Source of the DNA: an uncultured Clostridia bacterium
GTDB taxonomy: Bacteria; Bacillota; Limnochordia; DTU080; RSA5
Direction of reading: 5' to 3'
Length of the DNA: 64,000 bases
Assembly (NCBI GenBank): GCA_964424335.1
Contig: CAYRIY010000003.1
Coordinates: forward strand, 17,727-81,726
Part shown: positions 1 to 10,539 of the stretch, piece after piece
Layout of the letters: each line of letters starts with the position of its first letter
Numbering within the stretch: the stretch's first letter is position 1
Notes under the pieces: generated by a model
Told to the model about the DNA's origin: nothing
The model's input: the letters and a program-made list of their open reading frames with translations, nothing else
The model's database searches: none
Translations under genes and position numbers: made by a program

Positions 1-639
1 ATGGGCGCCGAGACGGGAGACCTCTTGCTCTTTGTCGCCGATCAAAAGGCGACAGCCAACGAGGTGCTGGGGCGCGTGCGCCTCAACCTCGCAGAGCGCC
101 TCGGACTTGCGGACACCGACGGCTTCTCCTTTTGCTGGGTGGTCGATTGGCCACTCTTGGAGTGGGATGACGAGGAGAAGAGGTACACTGCGGTCCACCA
201 TCCGTTCACCTCGCCGCACCCCGAAGATCTCGAGCGACTCGAGAGCGATCCCGGAAGCGTGCGGGCGCTTGCGTATGACCTGGTATTAAATGGCGTCGAG
301 CTCGGCGGGGGGAGCATTCGGATCCACCGCCGCGACGTGCAGGAGCGGGTGTTCCGGGCCCTTGGCATCACGGCCGATGAGGCCGCCGAGAAGTTTGGCT
401 TCCTGCTCGAGGCGTTCGAGTATGGGGCGCCTCCACACGGAGGGATTGCGTTTGGGCTCGACCGCATGGTCATGTTGATGGCCGGGATGGACTCGATCAG
501 GGATGTCATCGCATTTCCCAAGACGCAGCGAGGAGCGTGTCTCATGACGCAGGCGCCCTCCTCGGCATCGCCGCGACAGCTCGATGAGCTATACATCAGG
601 CTCGACCCGGAGGTCGCCGCCCTGCGGGATGGGCGGTAG
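1..639 (+). CDS. aspS: aspartyl-tRNA synthetase, C-terminal fragment (5' end outside window)
   Basis: Class II aaRS motif 3 ([24 protein letters not shown]); ORF open to window start. Confidence 0.9.
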   Translation: MGAETGDLLLFVADQKATANEVLGRVRLNLAERLGLADTDGFSFCWVVDWPLLEWDDEEKRYTAVHHPFTSPHPEDLERLESDPGSVRALAYDLVLNGVELGGGSIRIHRRDVQERVFRALGITADEAAEKFGFLLEAFEYGAPPHGGIAFGLDRMVMLMAGMDSIRDVIAFPKTQRGACLMTQAPSSASPRQLDELYIRLDPEVAALRDGR

Positions 640-931
640 ACTTGTCGAACCGTCCTGCGCCGTGATATGATCGTTGTGCGACATGGTTTCCCTGCTATGT
701 GCGTGTTTAAAGTCGGCCTCGTTATGAGCCAACACCGTAACGAGAGGGAGCCCGGACTCCGCATCGCGATGCACATGCCTAGCATGTCTAGGACGTTGCT
801 GACCGACGGGAGGGCACCCACCTGCCGAGGGCAGGTTCATTAACGGCCGACGAAACGGCATAGCGGGGTCTCTTTTTATTCCTCCAAAATTTAACGCGCA
901 ACCTCAATTTTTCCGCGAAACCGCACCGGAG

Positions 932-2254
932 GTGGGCTCCATGGATCTCTTCGAGGCGACTTCCCGTACGGAACGGGAGAAGAAAGCGCCTCTTGCCGAT
1001 CGGATGCGGCCGAGGAACCTCGACGAGTTTGTCGGACAAGCGCGGCTCGTGGGCCCCGGATCTTATTTGCGTCGACTATTTGAGGGCGATCGCATCCACT
1101 CGCTCGTGCTATACGGCGAACCTGGAACGGGAAAAACGACGCTTGCTCGCCTCGCGGCGTCCTCGACCTCCTCGCACTTCGAATCGCTCAATGCCGTCAC
1201 GTCCGGAGTAGGCGACATCCGGCGAGTCATCCAGGAGGCGGCCGATCGGCGGGCGCTTTACGGGAAGGGCACCATTCTCTTCATAGACGAAATCCATAGG
1301 TTCAACAAGAGTCAACAGGACGCGCTACTGCCTGCAGTCGAAGACGGCACGATCGTCTTGATCGGCGCCACGACGGAAAACCCGTACTTCGAAGTCAACG
1401 CGCCCCTCCTTTCGCGGGCGCGGGTCGTGCGGCTCGAGCCGCTTAGCCCCGCGGATCTGAGGGTGATCGTGCGGCGGGCGCTTGCCGACGTAGAGCGCGG
1501 GCTCGGGAGCGATGGCCTCGAGATCGATGAGGACGCCGAGGACCACCTCGTTCACATCGCGTCGGGGGACGCGCGGGTCGCCTTGAACACGTTGGAATTG
1601 GCAGCGCTCGGGACGAAGGTGCGCGGCGAACGGCGCATCTCGTTATCCGTGGTGGAGGAAGTGGCCGATCGGGCCGCCGTTCGATACGATAAGACGGGGG
1701 ATCAGCACTACGACGTCATATCCGCATTCGTCAAAAGCATGCGCGGCTCAGATCCGGATGCCGTCCTATACTGGCTTGCGAGAATGCTGGAGGCCGGCGA
1801 GGATCCGAGGTTTATCAGCCGCCGCATCGCGATCCACGCGAGCGAGGACGTAGGAAACGCGGACCCCATGGCGCTCGTGCTCGCGAATGCAGCGGCGCAA
1901 ACGGTCGAGCGCGTCGGTCTGCCCGAAGGGCAGCTCGCGCTCGCACAAGCAGCCGTGTACGTGGCGACTGCGCCCAAGAGCAACGCAGTCTGTGTCGGCA
2001 TTGCCAAAGCTCGCGAGGACGTGCGGGCGGGAGAGGTCGGCCCGGTGCCTAAGCACCTGCGCGACTCACACTACTCGGGCGCGGCCGCGCTCGGCCACGG
2101 AAAGGGTTACCGCTACCCGCACGATGATCCGTCGGGCTACGTTCGGCAAGACTATTGGCCTGAAGGCATGGAGGCCAAAGTCTACTACCAGCCTGTCGAC
2201 CGAGGGCACGAAGCAAGAGTCCGGGAGCGGATGAACCGACTTAGGGAGCGTTGA
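932..2254 (+). CDS. rarA: replication-associated recombination protein A (MgsA/RarA AAA+ ATPase)
   Basis: Walker A GEPGTGKTTLA, Walker B ILFIDEIHRFNK, C-terminal MgsA helical domain; same position as yrvN in Bacillus. Confidence 0.9.
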   Translation: MGSMDLFEATSRTEREKKAPLADRMRPRNLDEFVGQARLVGPGSYLRRLFEGDRIHSLVLYGEPGTGKTTLARLAASSTSSHFESLNAVTSGVGDIRRVIQEAADRRALYGKGTILFIDEIHRFNKSQQDALLPAVEDGTIVLIGATTENPYFEVNAPLLSRARVVRLEPLSPADLRVIVRRALADVERGLGSDGLEIDEDAEDHLVHIASGDARVALNTLELAALGTKVRGERRISLSVVEEVADRAAVRYDKTGDQHYDVISAFVKSMRGSDPDAVLYWLARMLEAGEDPRFISRRIAIHASEDVGNADPMALVLANAAAQTVERVGLPEGQLALAQAAVYVATAPKSNAVCVGIAKAREDVRAGEVGPVPKHLRDSHYSGAAALGHGKGYRYPHDDPSGYVRQDYWPEGMEAKVYYQPVDRGHEARVRERMNRLRER

Positions 2255-2390
2255 CGCTGTTGTCATTGGCGTGCTATCATTGGGCTGACGTAAAAGCGAG
2301 TGTTTTACTCGGGTTTTGTTGGTGTTCACGAGCCCCGTTGCTATAGGATTTGAGTAAAACCTTGCGAAACGGCGGAGGTGACTAGTCGCC

Positions 2391-2840
2391 TTGAGAATAT
2401 CCTCGAGAGGCGAGTACGGAGTGAGGGCGATGTTCGACCTGGCGCAGCGTTACGGCGAGGGCCCCATCGCGCTCAAGCTGATCGCCGAGCGACAACAGGT
2501 ATCGGAACACTACCTCGAGCAGTTGATGGGGGCCCTTCGCAAGGCGGGGCTCGTCGGCAGCGTGCGCGGCGCGCAAGGCGGGTACGAGCTGCTGACACAT
2601 CCTGAGAACATCTCGATCGGCGACATTATCAGAGCGCTCGAGGGGCCGGTGCTCACGGTGCACGGCTCCGACGGCAACGCCCAAAAACCGGAGGACCCGG
2701 ACCAACTCGCTATTTGGATGATGTGGAGTTCGATGGCCGAGAAGGTCAACGCCGCGCTCGACTCCTACTCTTTGGCAGAGCTTTGCGATGAGGCGGCCAG
2801 AATGAAGGCGCAGGGCGATTCATTCATGTATCACATCTGA
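2391..2840 (+). CDS. cymR: Rrf2-family transcriptional regulator (CymR/IscR-like)
   Basis: N-terminal MRISSRGEYGVRAM.LA wHTH typical of Rrf2; directly upstream of cysteine desulfurase and mnmA as in Bacillus; TTG start. Confidence 0.8.
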   Translation: MRISSRGEYGVRAMFDLAQRYGEGPIALKLIAERQQVSEHYLEQLMGALRKAGLVGSVRGAQGGYELLTHPENISIGDIIRALEGPVLTVHGSDGNAQKPEDPDQLAIWMMWSSMAEKVNAALDSYSLAELCDEAARMKAQGDSFMYHI

Positions 2841-2904
2841 CTTGACGCCGGCGTTTGGCGATTTGGCGGGCTCGATGCTTTAGCAAAGGAGGCGGCGTCC
2901 CAGC

Positions 2905-4098
2905 ATGAAGCGGATCTACATGGACTATGCAGCGACGACGCCGCTCGACCCGGACGCGGCGGTGGCCATGCGGCCGTATCTCGAGGAGGTCTTTGGCAAT
3001 CCGTCGTCGCTTTACCGCACCGGCAGAGACGCGAGAAGGGCGCTCGACGATGCACGGGATCGCCTCGCGGCGATCTTGGGCGCGGACAGCCCCCGGGAGA
3101 TCATCTTTACGAGCGGAGGCTCGGAGGCTGATAACCTTGCGCTAAAAGGGGTTGCCTGGGCCCTCGAGAAGCAGGGGCGACACATCGTCACCTCGCAGAT
3201 CGAGCACCACGCGGTATTGCACGCGGCGGCGTTTTTGGCCGACCGGGGTTTTGAGGTTACGTACGTAGAGCCAAGCGGCGACGGGGTGATCGAGCCCGGT
3301 CGGGTCCGGGACGCGATGCGGGATGACACCATCCTCGTCTCCGTGATGCACGCGAACAATGAAACAGGCGTCATTCAGCCGATCGAGGAGATCGCAAAGA
3401 TCGCCCGAGAGCAAGGGGCGCTTTTCCACACGGACGCGGTCCAGACGGTGGGCCACATCCCCGTGAACGTGCGCGAGATCGACTGCGACCTCTTGTCGCT
3501 TTCGGCTCACAAGTTTTACGGTCCAAGGGGAGTCGGCGCGCTTTACGTCAAAAGGCGCACGCCGATCGTCCCGCTCATTCACGGCGGTGGGCAAGAGCAC
3601 GAACTGCGCGCCGGCACCGAATACGTGGCCGGGGCCGTGGGCATGGCAACAGCGCTGGAGCTGGCCGTGGAACGCATGCACGACGAAGCGGAGCGCCTTG
3701 CGGCCTTGCGCGACAGGCTCGCAGGCGGTTTGCTCGAGCTCGTGCCCGGCATAACCGTGAACGGACACTCTGTGCGACGACTTGCGGGTCACGTCAACGT
3801 GTCGATCGACGGCGTCGAAGGAGAGTCGGTGCTGCTCAACCTCGACATGAAGGGAATTGAGGCGTCGAGCGGATCTGCCTGCACGTCGGGGTCGATCGAG
3901 GCGTCTCACGTGTTGCTCGCCATGGGCCTTGATCGCCGAGCCGCTCTGGGATCGGTCCGCTTTACGCTTGGGCGCCACACCACGGCGGACGAGGTAGAAG
4001 AGGTGCTCGTCGTGCTGCCGCAAATCATCGATCGCTTGCGCAGCGCGCATTCAGATTCGGGGCGAGCGACCTACAGGGAACGCGAGGGGAAGGGTTGA
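2905..4098 (+). CDS. cysteine desulfurase (NifS/IscS family, PLP-dependent)
   Basis: SAHKFYGPRGVGALYV PLP-lysine region, SSGSACTS active-site cysteine loop. Confidence 0.9.
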   Translation: MKRIYMDYAATTPLDPDAAVAMRPYLEEVFGNPSSLYRTGRDARRALDDARDRLAAILGADSPREIIFTSGGSEADNLALKGVAWALEKQGRHIVTSQIEHHAVLHAAAFLADRGFEVTYVEPSGDGVIEPGRVRDAMRDDTILVSVMHANNETGVIQPIEEIAKIAREQGALFHTDAVQTVGHIPVNVREIDCDLLSLSAHKFYGPRGVGALYVKRRTPIVPLIHGGGQEHELRAGTEYVAGAVGMATALELAVERMHDEAERLAALRDRLAGGLLELVPGITVNGHSVRRLAGHVNVSIDGVEGESVLLNLDMKGIEASSGSACTSGSIEASHVLLAMGLDRRAALGSVRFTLGRHTTADEVEEVLVVLPQIIDRLRSAHSDSGRATYREREGKG

Positions 4099-4104
4099 GA
4101 CGCG

Positions 4105-5244
4105 ATGAGTGTCGCTAAGAGTAAGGGACGAGTGTTGGTTGCGATGAGCGGGGGCGTGGACAGCTCCGTCGCCGCGGCGTTGCTGATCGAGGAGGGGTAT
4201 GAGTGCATCGGCGTGACGATGCAGCTTTGGCCCGAGGATCTGCCTGTCGAGCATGAGAGCGGGTGCTGCTCGATCTCGGCGGTCGAAGACGCGCGCCGCG
4301 TGGCCAACAAACTCGGGATTCCCTACTACGTGCTCAACTTTGCACACTCCTTTGCCGAGCAGGTGATCGATCGGTTCGCCGAAGAGTACATGCAAGGTCG
4401 GACGCCCAACCCTTGCATCGTGTGCAATGAAAAGGTGAAGTTTGGCACGTTTCTCCAAAAGGCGCTCGAGCTTGAGTGCGACTACGTGGCGACGGGCCAC
4501 TACGCCTCGGTGGAGTACGATGCCGGGCGAGGACGATTTCTCCTTCGGCGCGGGAAAGACCGTTCCAAAGATCAAAGTTATACCCTGTACGGCCTCACGC
4601 AAGAGCAGTTGTCGCGCACGCTCCTGCCCCTGGGCAAGTACGACAAATCCAAAGTGCGGGAAGAAGCGCGCAAGCTTGGACTGATCACGGCCAACAAGCC
4701 CGACAGCCAGGAAATTTGCTTTGTGCCCGAAGGAGACTACCGCGGCTTCATGGAGCGGTACGCACCGGAGAGCGTCCACCCGGGTGAGATCGTCGACCTC
4801 GAAGGCAACGTGCTCGGGACTCACCGCGGCATCTCCTTTTATACGGTGGGCCAGCGCAAAGGCCTTGGGATCAGTCACCCGACGCCCTTGTACGTCGTGC
4901 GGGTCGATGCAAAGCGCAACCGCGTCGTCGTCGGCCCCAAGGAGGCCGTCGAAGGCGTTGCGCTCCTAGCCGATCCCGTCAACTTCGTTTCCGTGCCAAA
5001 GCTCGAAGGGCCGATGCACGTCACCTGTAAGATTCGGTATAAGTCGGAGGATACTTCGGCCGTGATCGAGCCCGGCCCGGACGGCGGCGTCGTAACCCGC
5101 TTTGAAGAGCCCGAGCGGGCGATCACGCCCGGCCAATCCGTCGTTTGGTACGACGGGGACATCGTCGTCGGCGGCGGAATCATCGTCAAGGACCTCAAAG
5201 TAGATCCCACAAGGCGCGAACCTGCTCGCGCAGCTTCCTCATAA
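4105..5244 (+). CDS. mnmA: tRNA 2-thiouridine(34) synthase MnmA
   Basis: PP-loop VAMSGGVDSSVAA, conserved CxxC and C-terminal domain; follows the desulfurase. Confidence 0.9.
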   Translation: MSVAKSKGRVLVAMSGGVDSSVAAALLIEEGYECIGVTMQLWPEDLPVEHESGCCSISAVEDARRVANKLGIPYYVLNFAHSFAEQVIDRFAEEYMQGRTPNPCIVCNEKVKFGTFLQKALELECDYVATGHYASVEYDAGRGRFLLRRGKDRSKDQSYTLYGLTQEQLSRTLLPLGKYDKSKVREEARKLGLITANKPDSQEICFVPEGDYRGFMERYAPESVHPGEIVDLEGNVLGTHRGISFYTVGQRKGLGISHPTPLYVVRVDAKRNRVVVGPKEAVEGVALLADPVNFVSVPKLEGPMHVTCKIRYKSEDTSAVIEPGPDGGVVTRFEEPERAITPGQSVVWYDGDIVVGGGIIVKDLKVDPTRREPARAASS

Positions 5245-5356
5245 GAGCCTGTTGCTCGTCCTAACGCGCAAAACGGCCGTGCCCTCGTGCGCCGCCCGGG
5301 CATACTAATGCCGGCAACTCGCTGCCAACCTTAAAGGGCGCCGAGGTGAGCGACGT

Positions 5357-5923
5357 TTGCGTCGAGGGCGGGACGTCATTGGAATCCCCATCATGGCAAC
5401 GGGCGCCGATCGGACGCTCGGAACTGTTGCCGACCTATACTTTAGGCCAGACGGCGCGGTCTGGGCGTTTCTCGTCGCGCCGGCGAAAGGCCTCTTCAAG
5501 CGTCCGATCCGAGTTGCGCTCGCACGATTTGACGCCATCCGCGACGGCAAAGCGTACATCGAACGCGACAAATTTTCCGACGAAAAAGGAGCCGACGTTC
5601 CAAATGTGACTGCGCGGGGCGAGCGGACCGGCCTGTGCGGCAAAAACTTGATCACGGCAGACGGAAAGCAGCTCGGAACCATCGCCGACGTCGTGCTCGA
5701 CGGGCTTACGCAAAAACGCCCCTCGGGCGCGGCGAAAGGAGTCTCCATGAGTCTTTGGGGCTTTGAAGTCTCCGACGGCATTGTCAAAGACTTACTCGAC
5801 GGGCGGCCGGTCGTCGAGGCCGCAGGCGCCTATCTCGACGGAGATGACGTGGTATTGGACGCAGCGCGCAAACACATGAACTTGGCCCCGAGCGGTCATG
5901 ATACCCGTGAAGGGAGTGAGTGA
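5357..5923 (+). CDS. tandem PRC-barrel domain protein (hypothetical)
   Basis: Two PRC-barrel-like repeats (IGIPI..GTVADLYF.., LITADGKQLGTIADVVLD); TTG start, real start could be ATG at 5393. Confidence 0.55.
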   Translation: MRRGRDVIGIPIMATGADRTLGTVADLYFRPDGAVWAFLVAPAKGLFKRPIRVALARFDAIRDGKAYIERDKFSDEKGADVPNVTARGERTGLCGKNLITADGKQLGTIADVVLDGLTQKRPSGAAKGVSMSLWGFEVSDGIVKDLLDGRPVVEAAGAYLDGDDVVLDAARKHMNLAPSGHDTREGSE

Positions 5924-6156
5924 CCGACATGTTTCGCATGTTTCGGGGTCGATTGTTTTGGAGTGTTGCCGGTATTGCCGCGGCTGCGTACCTTCTTCGC
6001 CGCTCGAGGCGGAGCCCTGTCGATGCATTGAGGTATACGCCGGACCGGATCGCGATGGATGATGTCGTGCGCGTCGGAAAGACGGCGCTTGACTCGGCGC
6101 TTAGCGCGGGGCGCTCGCTGGTCGACACGACGGCGAAGGCCTTGGCGCGGCGATAA
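5920..6156 (+). CDS. small membrane-anchored hypothetical protein
   Basis: 78 aa, N-terminal TM helix; start overlaps the upstream stop (ATGA coupling). Confidence 0.4.
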   Translation: MTDMFRMFRGRLFWSVAGIAAAAYLLRRSRRSPVDALRYTPDRIAMDDVVRVGKTALDSALSAGRSLVDTTAKALARR

Positions 6157-6213
6157 ATCAGCGCTGCCTAGCGAACTGGAGGCGCCCCTAGGATGGAATC
6201 GAGTCGACATTAG

Positions 6214-7239
6214 ATGTCACGCCGTGCCAAGCTGATTGTCCTTGTGGCCGCGGCCCTCACGGCGGCGCTCCTCATCTTGCGCGTGCGGGGTGTACTCACG
6301 CCGTTTTTCCTGGGGGGCGCGGTTGCGTACGTAAGTTATCCGCTCGTTCGATTGCTTGAATCCAAACAGGTTCCACGCGGGACGGCGATCCTCTTGGTGT
6401 ACGCCATGTTCGCCGTCTTCGTCATTTTGCTCGTCTACGCCGTTCTCCCAAGCCTGACCCGAGAGCTCGATCAAATGATCGCGATTTTGCCGGAGCAGAC
6501 AAGGAGGCTCGAAGGGCTCACCGACCACGCCCTCAAAGACCTGCAGAAGCTTTGGATGCCGGAGATGTTGCAGGAAGTCGTCAACCTCTCGCTCCGGCGA
6601 GCGGAGGATCTGCTCGGGCGTTTTGCTTCGCGGATCGCAGAGCTGCTTGTAGGGCTGGTCTCGCACGTGTTCAACCTCGTTCTCGCGCCGTTTCTCGCTT
6701 ACTACCTGCTGAGGGATCTCCATTCGATCCAGCGAGCGGCGATCGCGTGGATGCCGAGCGGCGTGCGCAAGGACGTGCTCGACCTTGGTCGCAAGGTGAA
6801 TCACGTCGTGTCGGGGTTTTTGCGCGGCCAGTTGATCGTCTCGTGCATCGTCGGAATACTCGTCGCATCCGGTCTTTCGCTGCTTGGCGTCAAGTACGCC
6901 ATCATCGTCGGGATCTTCGCGGGACTTGCCGACATTATCCCGTACTTTGGCCCGCTCATCAGCGCGGTTCCCGCCGTCGCCCTGGCCCTCACGGTTTCAC
7001 CGTGGACGGCCTTGTGGGTCGTGATCTTGCTCATCGCCATCCAGCAGTTCGAGGGCAGTGTGCTCAGTCCCAAGATCGTGGGGGATCGTGTCGGCCTTCA
7101 CCCGCTCACGGTAATCTTCGCGGTGCTTGCCGGAGGGGAACTGATGGGAATACTTGGAATGCTGATGGCGGTGCCGGTCGCGGCCACTGTCAAGGTCGTC
7201 GCGGCCCACGTGGGAGACCGGATCCTAGAGCGCGGGTAA
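6214..7239 (+). CDS. AI-2E family transporter (PerM/YrrI-like)
   Basis: Multi-TM protein with C-terminal GILGMLMAVPVAA motif; same position relative to alaS as yrrI in B. subtilis. Confidence 0.85.
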   Translation: MSRRAKLIVLVAAALTAALLILRVRGVLTPFFLGGAVAYVSYPLVRLLESKQVPRGTAILLVYAMFAVFVILLVYAVLPSLTRELDQMIAILPEQTRRLEGLTDHALKDLQKLWMPEMLQEVVNLSLRRAEDLLGRFASRIAELLVGLVSHVFNLVLAPFLAYYLLRDLHSIQRAAIAWMPSGVRKDVLDLGRKVNHVVSGFLRGQLIVSCIVGILVASGLSLLGVKYAIIVGIFAGLADIIPYFGPLISAVPAVALALTVSPWTALWVVILLIAIQQFEGSVLSPKIVGDRVGLHPLTVIFAVLAGGELMGILGMLMAVPVAATVKVVAAHVGDRILERG

Positions 7240-7318
7240 TCGTGCCCCGCGCATGTCGAAAACGCGCCCCGATTTCCCCGAAAGCCGCATGGCAAAAGGC
7301 ATAGCGCGGGACTTTTGG

Positions 7319-7347
7319 TTGACAAAGGAAATGCGCTCTTGTAACAT
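7319..7347 (+). promoter_or_regulatory. sigma-A-type promoter upstream of alaS (TTGACA-17-TAACAT)
   Basis: Hexamers read directly with a 17-nt spacer, ~35 nt upstream of the alaS RBS. Confidence 0.4.
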
Positions 7348-7381
7348 TAATTAATGCATTTCCAGCGAGGAGGCTCGGCTC

Positions 7382-10048
7382 GTGAAGTCCTTGACTACGG
7401 ACCAACTGCGCGAGACGTACATCCGATTTTTCGAGCGCAAAGGTCACCACGTGGGTGAAAGCGCATCGCTCGTACCGCACGGCGACCCGACGCTCCTGTT
7501 GACGAGCGCCGGCATGGTCCCGTTTAAGCCATACTTTTTGGGCTGGGAGACGCCCAAGCATACGCGCATTACTACGTGCCAGCGTTGCGTTCGCACAGGC
7601 GACATCGACAACGTCGGCAAGACCGATCGACACCATACGTTCTTTGAAATGTTGGGAAATTTTTCCTTTGGTGATTACTTCAAGCAAGAGGCGATCGAGT
7701 TTGCTTGGGAGTTTGTCACCAAGGAGCTCGAATTTGATCCTGAGCGCCTGTGGGTCTCAGTCTACCTCGAGGACGACGAAGCCTACAACATATGGAACAA
7801 GGACATCGGCGTCCCCGAGGAGCGCATCGTGCGGCTCGGAAGGGAAGACAACTTTTGGGAGATCGGCGTGGGGCCGTGCGGACCTTGCTCGGAGATTTAT
7901 TACGACAAGGGCCCCGAGCACGGTTGCGGACGAGCGGAGTGCGCGCCAAGCTGTGACGAGTGCGAGCGGTACCTCGAGATCTGGAACCTCGTCTTCATCC
8001 AATTCCATCAGGATGAGGAGAAGAATCTGACGCCGCTCAAGAGCAAAGGCGTCGACACAGGGATGGGCCTCGAGCGGACGGCCTCGCTGCTTCAGTCCGT
8101 GCCGAGCAACTTCTCGATCGACCTCATTGCACCCATCGTGGAGCACATCGCTTCGATGAGCGGCGTGCAGTACGGCAGCGGCGGAGAGTCGGACGTGAGC
8201 GTCCGCGTCATCACCGACCACATGCGCGGTGTGACGTTCATGGTGGCCGACGGCATCTTGCCCGGCAATGAGGGGCGAGGCTATGTGCTGCGGCGGCTCC
8301 TGCGGCGCTCGGTGCGCCATGCGAGGCTTCTAGGCATCGAAGGTCGCTTTTTGCCGAGCGTCGTCGATCTCGTCATCGACTTGATGAAAGTGGGCTATCC
8401 GTATCTCGAGAGTCAGCGGGAGTACGTCCGCAACGTCGTGGCGACGGAGGAGGCCCGTTTTCACGAAACCCTCGATCAGGGCATGGAGATCCTCGAGCGC
8501 ATGACCGCACGCCTGCGCGAGCAGGGGCGGACGGTGCTTGGCGGCGAGGATGCGTTTCGCCTTTATGACACGTACGGTTTTCCCGTTGAGTTGACGGCGG
8601 AGATCTTGAAAAGCCACGGCTTTGAGTTGGACACGCAAGGGTTTGACGAGGCCATGGAGGCGCAGCGCGAGCGGGCGCGGGCCGCACGCGGCCAGATGGG
8701 CTATTTAGGGGACGTCGACGTCGCGTACGGCGACCTCGACCTTGGCGTGAATCGAACGCCGTTCGTGGGGTATGAGTCCCTAGAAGCACAGACCGAGCTG
8801 ATCGGCCTCGTCGTCAGGGGCGAGCAGGCAGGTCGTGCGGCCGCCGGCGAGCAAATCGAGGCGATTTTGGCGGTTACGCCGTTTTATCCAGAGGGCGGCG
8901 GACAGGTCCCCGACATTGGAACGATCGAAGGCCCAAGCGGCCGGATGCGGGTGGAGAGCGTCAGCAAGGTCGGAGACGGCATCATCGTCCATCGCGGCCA
9001 GGTCGAATCGGGCAGTCTCCAAGTGGGTGACCAGGTGCGCGCCGAGGTCGACGCCGAGCGCCGCAAGGATACGGAGCGCAACCATACGGCGACCCACCTC
9101 ATGCACAAGGCGCTCCACGAAGTGCTCGGCGACCATGCCAATCAGGCGGGATCGCTCGTGGCGCCGGATCGCTTGCGATTTGACTTTACTCACTTTAAAC
9201 CGCTTTCGAGGGACGAGCTCGCCGAGATCGAGCGGCGCGTCAACGAGCGCATCTTGGAAAACCTGCCGGTGACCGACTTTGTCACGGAGTTCGACAAGGC
9301 AAAGGAACTTGGCGCGATGGCCCTTTTTGGCGAGAAGTACGGCGATGAGGTCCGCGTCGTCAAGGTGGGCGAGTACAGCATCGAACTTTGCGGCGGAACC
9401 CACGTCAAATCGAGCTCCGACATAGGCATTTTCCGCATCGTGCAGGAAGGCGGCGTTGCGGCCGGCGTGCGGCGCATCGAGGCGGTGACCGCCCGCGGCG
9501 CGCTCAAGTTTCTGGCAAGCCGCGACGAGGCGCTTCGTGAGGCCGCCGACAAGTTGCAAGTCGCCCCAAGCGACCTGCCAAAACAGCTCGACAAGTTGCT
9601 TGGCGCGATGAAAGAGCAAGAGCGGCAGATCGAGCAGTTGAAGGGTAGGCTTGCGCAGGCGCAGGTCGGATCGTTGGCCGCTCGGGCGGAGGATTTTGGC
9701 GGCATCAAAGTGCTGGCCGCGGACGTCGAAGGGCTCGACATCGATGGCCTTCGCTCGCTTGGCGATCGACTCAAGCAGGAGATGGGAGCGGCGGTCGTCA
9801 TCTTGGGCTCGTCCGATGGCGGCAAGGTGCAGATGGTGGCAATGGCGAGCGACGCCGCCGCCGATCGCAGCGTCGACGTGAAAAAGGCCCTGACGCAGGC
9901 CGCAGCGCTCGTCGGCGGAGGCGGCGGGGGCAATCCCAAGATGGCGCAGGCGGGCGGGAAGGATCCATCTCGCTTGAAAGACGCGCTCGATGATGCCAAG
10001 GATCGCATTGTGCGCCAGCTCTTCGAACGGACGGCGAGCGAGGCGTAA
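7382..10048 (+). CDS. alaS: alanyl-tRNA synthetase
   Basis: 888 aa; class II AlaRS core, editing domain HTATHLMH...CGGTH, C-terminal DHHA1. Confidence 0.95.
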   Translation: MKSLTTDQLRETYIRFFERKGHHVGESASLVPHGDPTLLLTSAGMVPFKPYFLGWETPKHTRITTCQRCVRTGDIDNVGKTDRHHTFFEMLGNFSFGDYFKQEAIEFAWEFVTKELEFDPERLWVSVYLEDDEAYNIWNKDIGVPEERIVRLGREDNFWEIGVGPCGPCSEIYYDKGPEHGCGRAECAPSCDECERYLEIWNLVFIQFHQDEEKNLTPLKSKGVDTGMGLERTASLLQSVPSNFSIDLIAPIVEHIASMSGVQYGSGGESDVSVRVITDHMRGVTFMVADGILPGNEGRGYVLRRLLRRSVRHARLLGIEGRFLPSVVDLVIDLMKVGYPYLESQREYVRNVVATEEARFHETLDQGMEILERMTARLREQGRTVLGGEDAFRLYDTYGFPVELTAEILKSHGFELDTQGFDEAMEAQRERARAARGQMGYLGDVDVAYGDLDLGVNRTPFVGYESLEAQTELIGLVVRGEQAGRAAAGEQIEAILAVTPFYPEGGGQVPDIGTIEGPSGRMRVESVSKVGDGIIVHRGQVESGSLQVGDQVRAEVDAERRKDTERNHTATHLMHKALHEVLGDHANQAGSLVAPDRLRFDFTHFKPLSRDELAEIERRVNERILENLPVTDFVTEFDKAKELGAMALFGEKYGDEVRVVKVGEYSIELCGGTHVKSSSDIGIFRIVQEGGVAAGVRRIEAVTARGALKFLASRDEALREAADKLQVAPSDLPKQLDKLLGAMKEQERQIEQLKGRLAQAQVGSLAARAEDFGGIKVLAADVEGLDIDGLRSLGDRLKQEMGAAVVILGSSDGGKVQMVAMASDAAADRSVDVKKALTQAAALVGGGGGGNPKMAQAGGKDPSRLKDALDDAKDRIVRQLFERTASEA

Positions 10049-10202
10049 GCGAGGCTCAGTTTTAAGCCTGCTCATCAGCGCCAGAGATTGGTCTCAAGGG
10101 GAAAGCCACGGCCTCGTCGAAGAGTCACTTTAAGAGTCCAAATGCGTTTGCCGCATCCCGGGGCGAACGCAAGCGGACCTAAGAGTATCGGAGGGACGCC
10201 TG

Positions 10203-10484
10203 ATGATGGGATCCCATGACGAGACGATGCGCTTTTTGTTCGCCCGCAACGAGCGGCGAACGCGCGATGTGTTGTTTGCGGTCTACGCAGCGCTCGTTGA
10301 AAAGGGGTACGATCCTGTGAGCCAGCTCGTGGGTTACCTCCTTTCAGGCGATCCGACCTACATCACGAGCCATCGAGGGGCAAGGAGCCTCATTCGCACC
10401 CTCGATCGCGATGAACTGCTGGAGGAGCTCGTCGCAAGTTACCTCAATATCGAGACGCCAAACGGCAGGGTCGATCACATGTAG
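10203..10484 (+). CDS. ireB: IreB-family regulatory phosphoprotein (UPF0297/YrzL)
   Basis: 93 aa, [31 protein letters not shown] signature; conserved alaS-yrzL-ruvX order. Confidence 0.8.
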   Translation: MMGSHDETMRFLFARNERRTRDVLFAVYAALVEKGYDPVSQLVGYLLSGDPTYITSHRGARSLIRTLDRDELLEELVASYLNIETPNGRVDHM

Positions 10485-10539
10485 GCACCGGCACGATGCG
10501 CTAAAGGCAATCAAAGTTAAGGCGAAGATTAGGATTATA

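Noticed and set aside
640-931. 292-nt aspS-rarA intergenic region as a possible sRNA or riboswitch
   Set aside because: It contains only short hairpins (ACCTGCC-GAG-GGCAGGT, then GCCGACGAAACGGC followed by a T-run), consistent with an aspS terminator plus a rarA promoter and RBS. There is no extended conserved-looking structure or known motif.
6552-7304. 250-aa + strand ORF in an alternative frame within the AI-2E transporter gene
   Set aside because: It overlaps a gene with a clear AI-2E family signature. Its translation is Arg/Gly/Ala-rich without motifs, a GC-driven spurious ORF.
7240-7381. Possible T-box leader upstream of alaS (alaS is T-box regulated in Bacillus)
   Set aside because: The gap is only ~140 nt and lacks the T-box consensus (AATTAGGGTGGNACCGCG) and specifier/antiterminator architecture. 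Only a sigma-A-like promoter is visible.
8780-10075. 431-aa minus-strand ORF antisense to alaS, together with similar long antisense ORFs (41897..43183 antisense to steA, 45859..46509 antisense to dinG, 47181..47966, 47762..48586, 12921..13649, 9190..10008)
   Set aside because: They lie entirely inside well-supported + strand genes that carry strong family motifs. Long stop-free antisense frames are expected at ~65% GC. They have no RBS or homology signal and are Arg/Ala/Pro-rich low-complexity translations.
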